This document shows positions 4,916 through 6,944 of a stretch of 6,944 nucleotides of DNA, in pieces; within the stretch, counting starts at the first letter, position 1; each line of letters begins with the position of its first letter. The DNA is from a virus: positions 1 through 6,944 of IMG/VR virus record IMGVR_UViG_3300022693_002623. The stretch is one strand, 5' to 3'. The notes beneath the pieces were generated by a model. It worked only from the letters and a program-made list of their open reading frames with translations, searched no databases and was not told the origin of the DNA. Both the position numbers and the translations under genes were made by a program.

Positions 4916-4949
4916 TCTCCGAGCGACTACCGGTCTTTGGGAGATAAAA

Positions 4950-6368
4950 ATGGGAGGTGTTTATGGAAGGGGATTTTGGTCCGTGGCTTTACTTCTTCGT
5001 TGTGCTGGTTTCGCTGTGGGGCTTGCTCTCAGTTCGTTAGCAAATGCACAGACCACGGAGTTTTCCGGGATTATTCAAGCCACTTCATGCGATCCCAGTG
5101 AAACTGATAATGTTCCTGAAAACTGTGATAGCGCCGAATTTCAGCTAGAGTTAGATGCTTTCTCGGTGCGGCAGGGTTGGACGCTAGTTGCTCAAGATGT
5201 TGTTAACGTCTCGTCGTTCGTTCGCAATTATCGCTTCTTTTTTTGCGAGGATATTAAGCCCGGTGGGTGGTATTTCACAGGGCAGCATTCCTTATCGCCG
5301 TTCAAGTGCGTTTACTCGCGTGAGCCGCCGCCGGAACCGGAGTGCTCCCTGTCGCCAGGCACTACAGCATGGTTCGATAGCAATCTTGCTTCCGTCTGCG
5401 CTCAAAACTGTGAATGGACAACGCCGCCCGGTGGCACGCTCGCTATATGCCTTGGGCCTGATGGCTCTGACTGCCGTTACACTCGCAAATACACAAGTCA
5501 GGACCAGTACTGTGAAAACCCTTCCGGTCAGCCTGAGCCCGTTCCTAAGTCAACGTTCGAGGAATACACCGACGAAGACGGCTGTTATTACGACACTAAT
5601 GGCCAAAAGTTTTGTTCAATCCCTTCGGACAGCCCCTGCCCGAATTACGTGACTATCGAGGGAACTAAGTACTGTCGCGGAGCCGAACCCGACGACGGCG
5701 AACCGGACCCGCTTCCCGATCACGATAGCGACGGTGACGGAATCCCTGATCGCCAGGACGATAACCCCGATGATCCCGACGCCGATGGCGACGGCACGCC
5801 AGACGGGGAGCAGGACGGTGACGGTAACGGGATACCTGACGGCGATCCCGGCGGCATAGCCGACGATGGCGAAGGCGACGGCAACGAACCCGGCGACGGT
5901 TATCACGACGGTGGCACCTGCGAACCAGACGAGCGCGTAGAACCGGAGTGCTCCGAAAACATGGACCCGATTCAGTGCGCCCTGGCGATCGAGCTTTTCC
6001 ACGTTCGTTGCGATGCCACGATGGAACACGCTGACTTCATCGGTGACGAGGAATATCTCGAAGGCCCCTCGATCACCAGCGGCGAAGACGGCGACGGTGA
6101 CGGCCAGCCGGACAACGCCATTCCCACAGCGTCGTTAGACGCTAGCACCGTGGTGTCTGGCCTCTCCGAGGACACCATCAGTTTCGGGAACCTCGCTTGT
6201 CCCGCCGACAAAACCTTCTCGATGCCGGGCGCTTTCGGCGGCTCGTTCACCCTGTCCTGGGAGCCGATCTGCGACTGGGCCGCGATGGTCCGGCCGATCG
6301 TTATCGCCCTCGGCTACCTCATGTCCGCGCTGATCATCCTGCGCAAATTCTCCGGAGGATCTGACTGA
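4950..6368 (+). CDS. Adsorption / minor coat protein (g3p-like, 472 aa): signal peptide, Cys-rich N-terminal domains, acidic D/G/P repeat linker, C-terminal membrane anchor
   Basis: The start is moved from 4836 to the in-frame ATG at 4950, because 4836-4949 overlaps the coat gene and its terminator. SD GGGAGA lies 5 nt upstream. Signal peptide: MGGVYGRGFWSVALLLRCAGFAVGLALSSLANA|QT. About 20 Cys residues. Repeats such as DSDGDGIPD, DADGDGTPD and DGDGNGIPD. C-terminal TM segment IVIALGYLMSALIIL followed by RKF. Confidence 0.8.
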   Translation: MGGVYGRGFWSVALLLRCAGFAVGLALSSLANAQTTEFSGIIQATSCDPSETDNVPENCDSAEFQLELDAFSVRQGWTLVAQDVVNVSSFVRNYRFFFCEDIKPGGWYFTGQHSLSPFKCVYSREPPPEPECSLSPGTTAWFDSNLASVCAQNCEWTTPPGGTLAICLGPDGSDCRYTRKYTSQDQYCENPSGQPEPVPKSTFEEYTDEDGCYYDTNGQKFCSIPSDSPCPNYVTIEGTKYCRGAEPDDGEPDPLPDHDSDGDGIPDRQDDNPDDPDADGDGTPDGEQDGDGNGIPDGDPGGIADDGEGDGNEPGDGYHDGGTCEPDERVEPECSENMDPIQCALAIELFHVRCDATMEHADFIGDEEYLEGPSITSGEDGDGDGQPDNAIPTASLDASTVVSGLSEDTISFGNLACPADKTFSMPGAFGGSFTLSWEPICDWAAMVRPIVIALGYLMSALIILRKFSGGSD

Positions 6369-6679
6369 TGCCCGCTTTCCTGCAAACCCTCGGTGTTTGG
6401 CTGTTCGGCGCGATCAGCGGCATGGTTGGCCGTGTGCTGGTCTCCCTTGGTATGGGCGTCGTCGCTTATACCGGCGTCGTCGAACTTGGCGACCAGCTGG
6501 TTAACCTGGTCAGCCAGCACTTCGGCGCCGCCTCCGATGTTTTAGCCCTGGCCAGTATCGCCGGTGTCGATGTGTTCATCAGTCTGGTGATATCCGCCCA
6601 CCTTGGTCTGCTGGCCTGGATCATGGTTGTCAGCGGTTTCAAGCGCCTGTCGTTCATGGCCGGGCAGGGCGCTGAATAA
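6368..6679 (+). CDS. g6p-like minor coat / membrane protein (DUF2523-like)
   Basis: 103 aa with several hydrophobic segments. TGATG overlap with the g3-like stop and TAATG overlap with the zot start. The position between g3 and pI is conserved in inoviruses. Confidence 0.7.
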   Translation: MPAFLQTLGVWLFGAISGMVGRVLVSLGMGVVAYTGVVELGDQLVNLVSQHFGAASDVLALASIAGVDVFISLVISAHLGLLAWIMVVSGFKRLSFMAGQGAE

Positions 6680-6944
6680 TGTTCGCCCTGGTCACCGGAA
6701 CACCGGGCGCCGGCAAGACGTCCAGCACGTTGCTCCGCTTTAAGGACGTAAAGAATCGCCCAGTGTTTTACAGGGGTATCCGGGATTTGAGCCCAGACCT
6801 CGGCTGGTTCGAGTTGACCGATGATCAAGCGAAGGACTGGCGTCAGAACGTTCCTGAGGGCGCAGTCGTTATTATCGACGAAGCGCAGCAGCTGTTCCCG
6901 GTACGTCCTTCCAGTCGCCCGGTACCCGATGGTTTAACCGCGCT
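6679..6944 (+). CDS. zot: Zot/pI-like assembly ATPase, N-terminal part (open at the window end, continues at base 145 via the repeat)
   Basis: Hand translation: MFALVTGTPGAGKTSSTLLRFKDVKNRPVFYRGIRDLSPDLGWFELTDDQ... Walker A is GTPGAGKT. It is in frame with 14..892 (6814-6679 = 135). The full gene is 1,014 nt, encoding 337 aa. Confidence 0.92.
   Translation, partial: MFALVTGTPGAGKTSSTLLRFKDVKNRPVFYRGIRDLSPDLGWFELTDDQAKDWRQNVPEGAVVIIDEAQQLFPVRPSSRPVPDGLTA
6801..6944 (+). repeat. Terminal direct repeat, right copy (identical to 1-144)
   Basis: Base-by-base comparison shows 144/144 identity. Confidence 0.97.

Larger units (their letters stand above)
1..6800. mobile_element. One complete unit of a filamentous phage (inovirus-like) genome, circularly permuted in this window
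   Basis: Bases 1-144 equal 6801-6944. Gene content and order (Rep, ssDNA-binding, small coat proteins, g3-like, g6-like, Zot/pI, intergenic hairpins, divergent regulators) and the 6.8-kb size are typical of Inoviridae. Confidence 0.85.

Noticed and set aside
4836-4949. Upstream extension of the g3-like ORF (the track starts it at 4836)
   Set aside because: The extension overlaps the last 50 nt of the coat gene and reads straight through the strong terminator hairpin (4892-4915). The in-frame ATG at 4950 has a proper SD and opens a canonical signal peptide.
5188-6250. ORFs 5188..5652 (+), 5616..6029 (-) and 5972..6250 (-) inside the g3-like gene
   Set aside because: They are off-frame or antisense readings. 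The 5616..6029 product (runs of V/A/I/G) is the antisense image of the GAC/GGC-rich acidic repeat.
6314-6828. Minus-strand ORFs 6314..6520 and 6466..6828
   Set aside because: They are antisense to the g6-like and zot genes, which are tightly coupled (TGATG and TAATG junctions) and carry clear motifs.
1-6944. Scan for tRNA, rRNA or CRISPR arrays
   Set aside because: I found no cloverleaf-like segment, no rRNA-like sequence and no regularly spaced short repeats. The only multi-copy elements are the terminal duplication and the two hairpin-iteron copies.

Overview
The window is one complete, circularly permuted filamentous-phage (inovirus-like) genome. Bases 1-144 are identical to 6801-6944, so the unit length is 6,800 bp, and the junction rejoins a single Zot/pI-type assembly ATPase gene (6679..6800 + 1..892). 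On the + strand the order is: small Cys4 protein, two hypothetical ORFs, rolling-circle Rep (gII-like), ssDNA-binding protein (gV-like), a structured 180-nt spacer, a 67-aa membrane-anchored protein, a 43-aa major coat protein missing from the ORF track, a strong terminator, a Cys-rich adsorption protein (g3p-like) with an acidic D/G/P repeat linker, a g6p-like membrane protein, and Zot/pI. An AT-rich intergenic region with a long GC hairpin follows. Next comes a minus-strand two-gene HTH regulator operon, read divergently from the + operon across a palindrome-dense promoter region. I see no integrase, no secretin and no convincing dif-like attP. The most unusual feature is a pair of about 54-nt direct-repeat elements, each a hairpin flanked by ATCTTGTG iterons. 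They bracket the regulatory module 1,247 bp apart, and the second copy lies inside an ORF. Also notable are four + strand ORFs linked by three ATGA stop/start overlaps, which run through a very GC-rich stretch whose coding frame is ambiguous. All family assignments come from reading motifs by eye and need HMM or BLAST confirmation.
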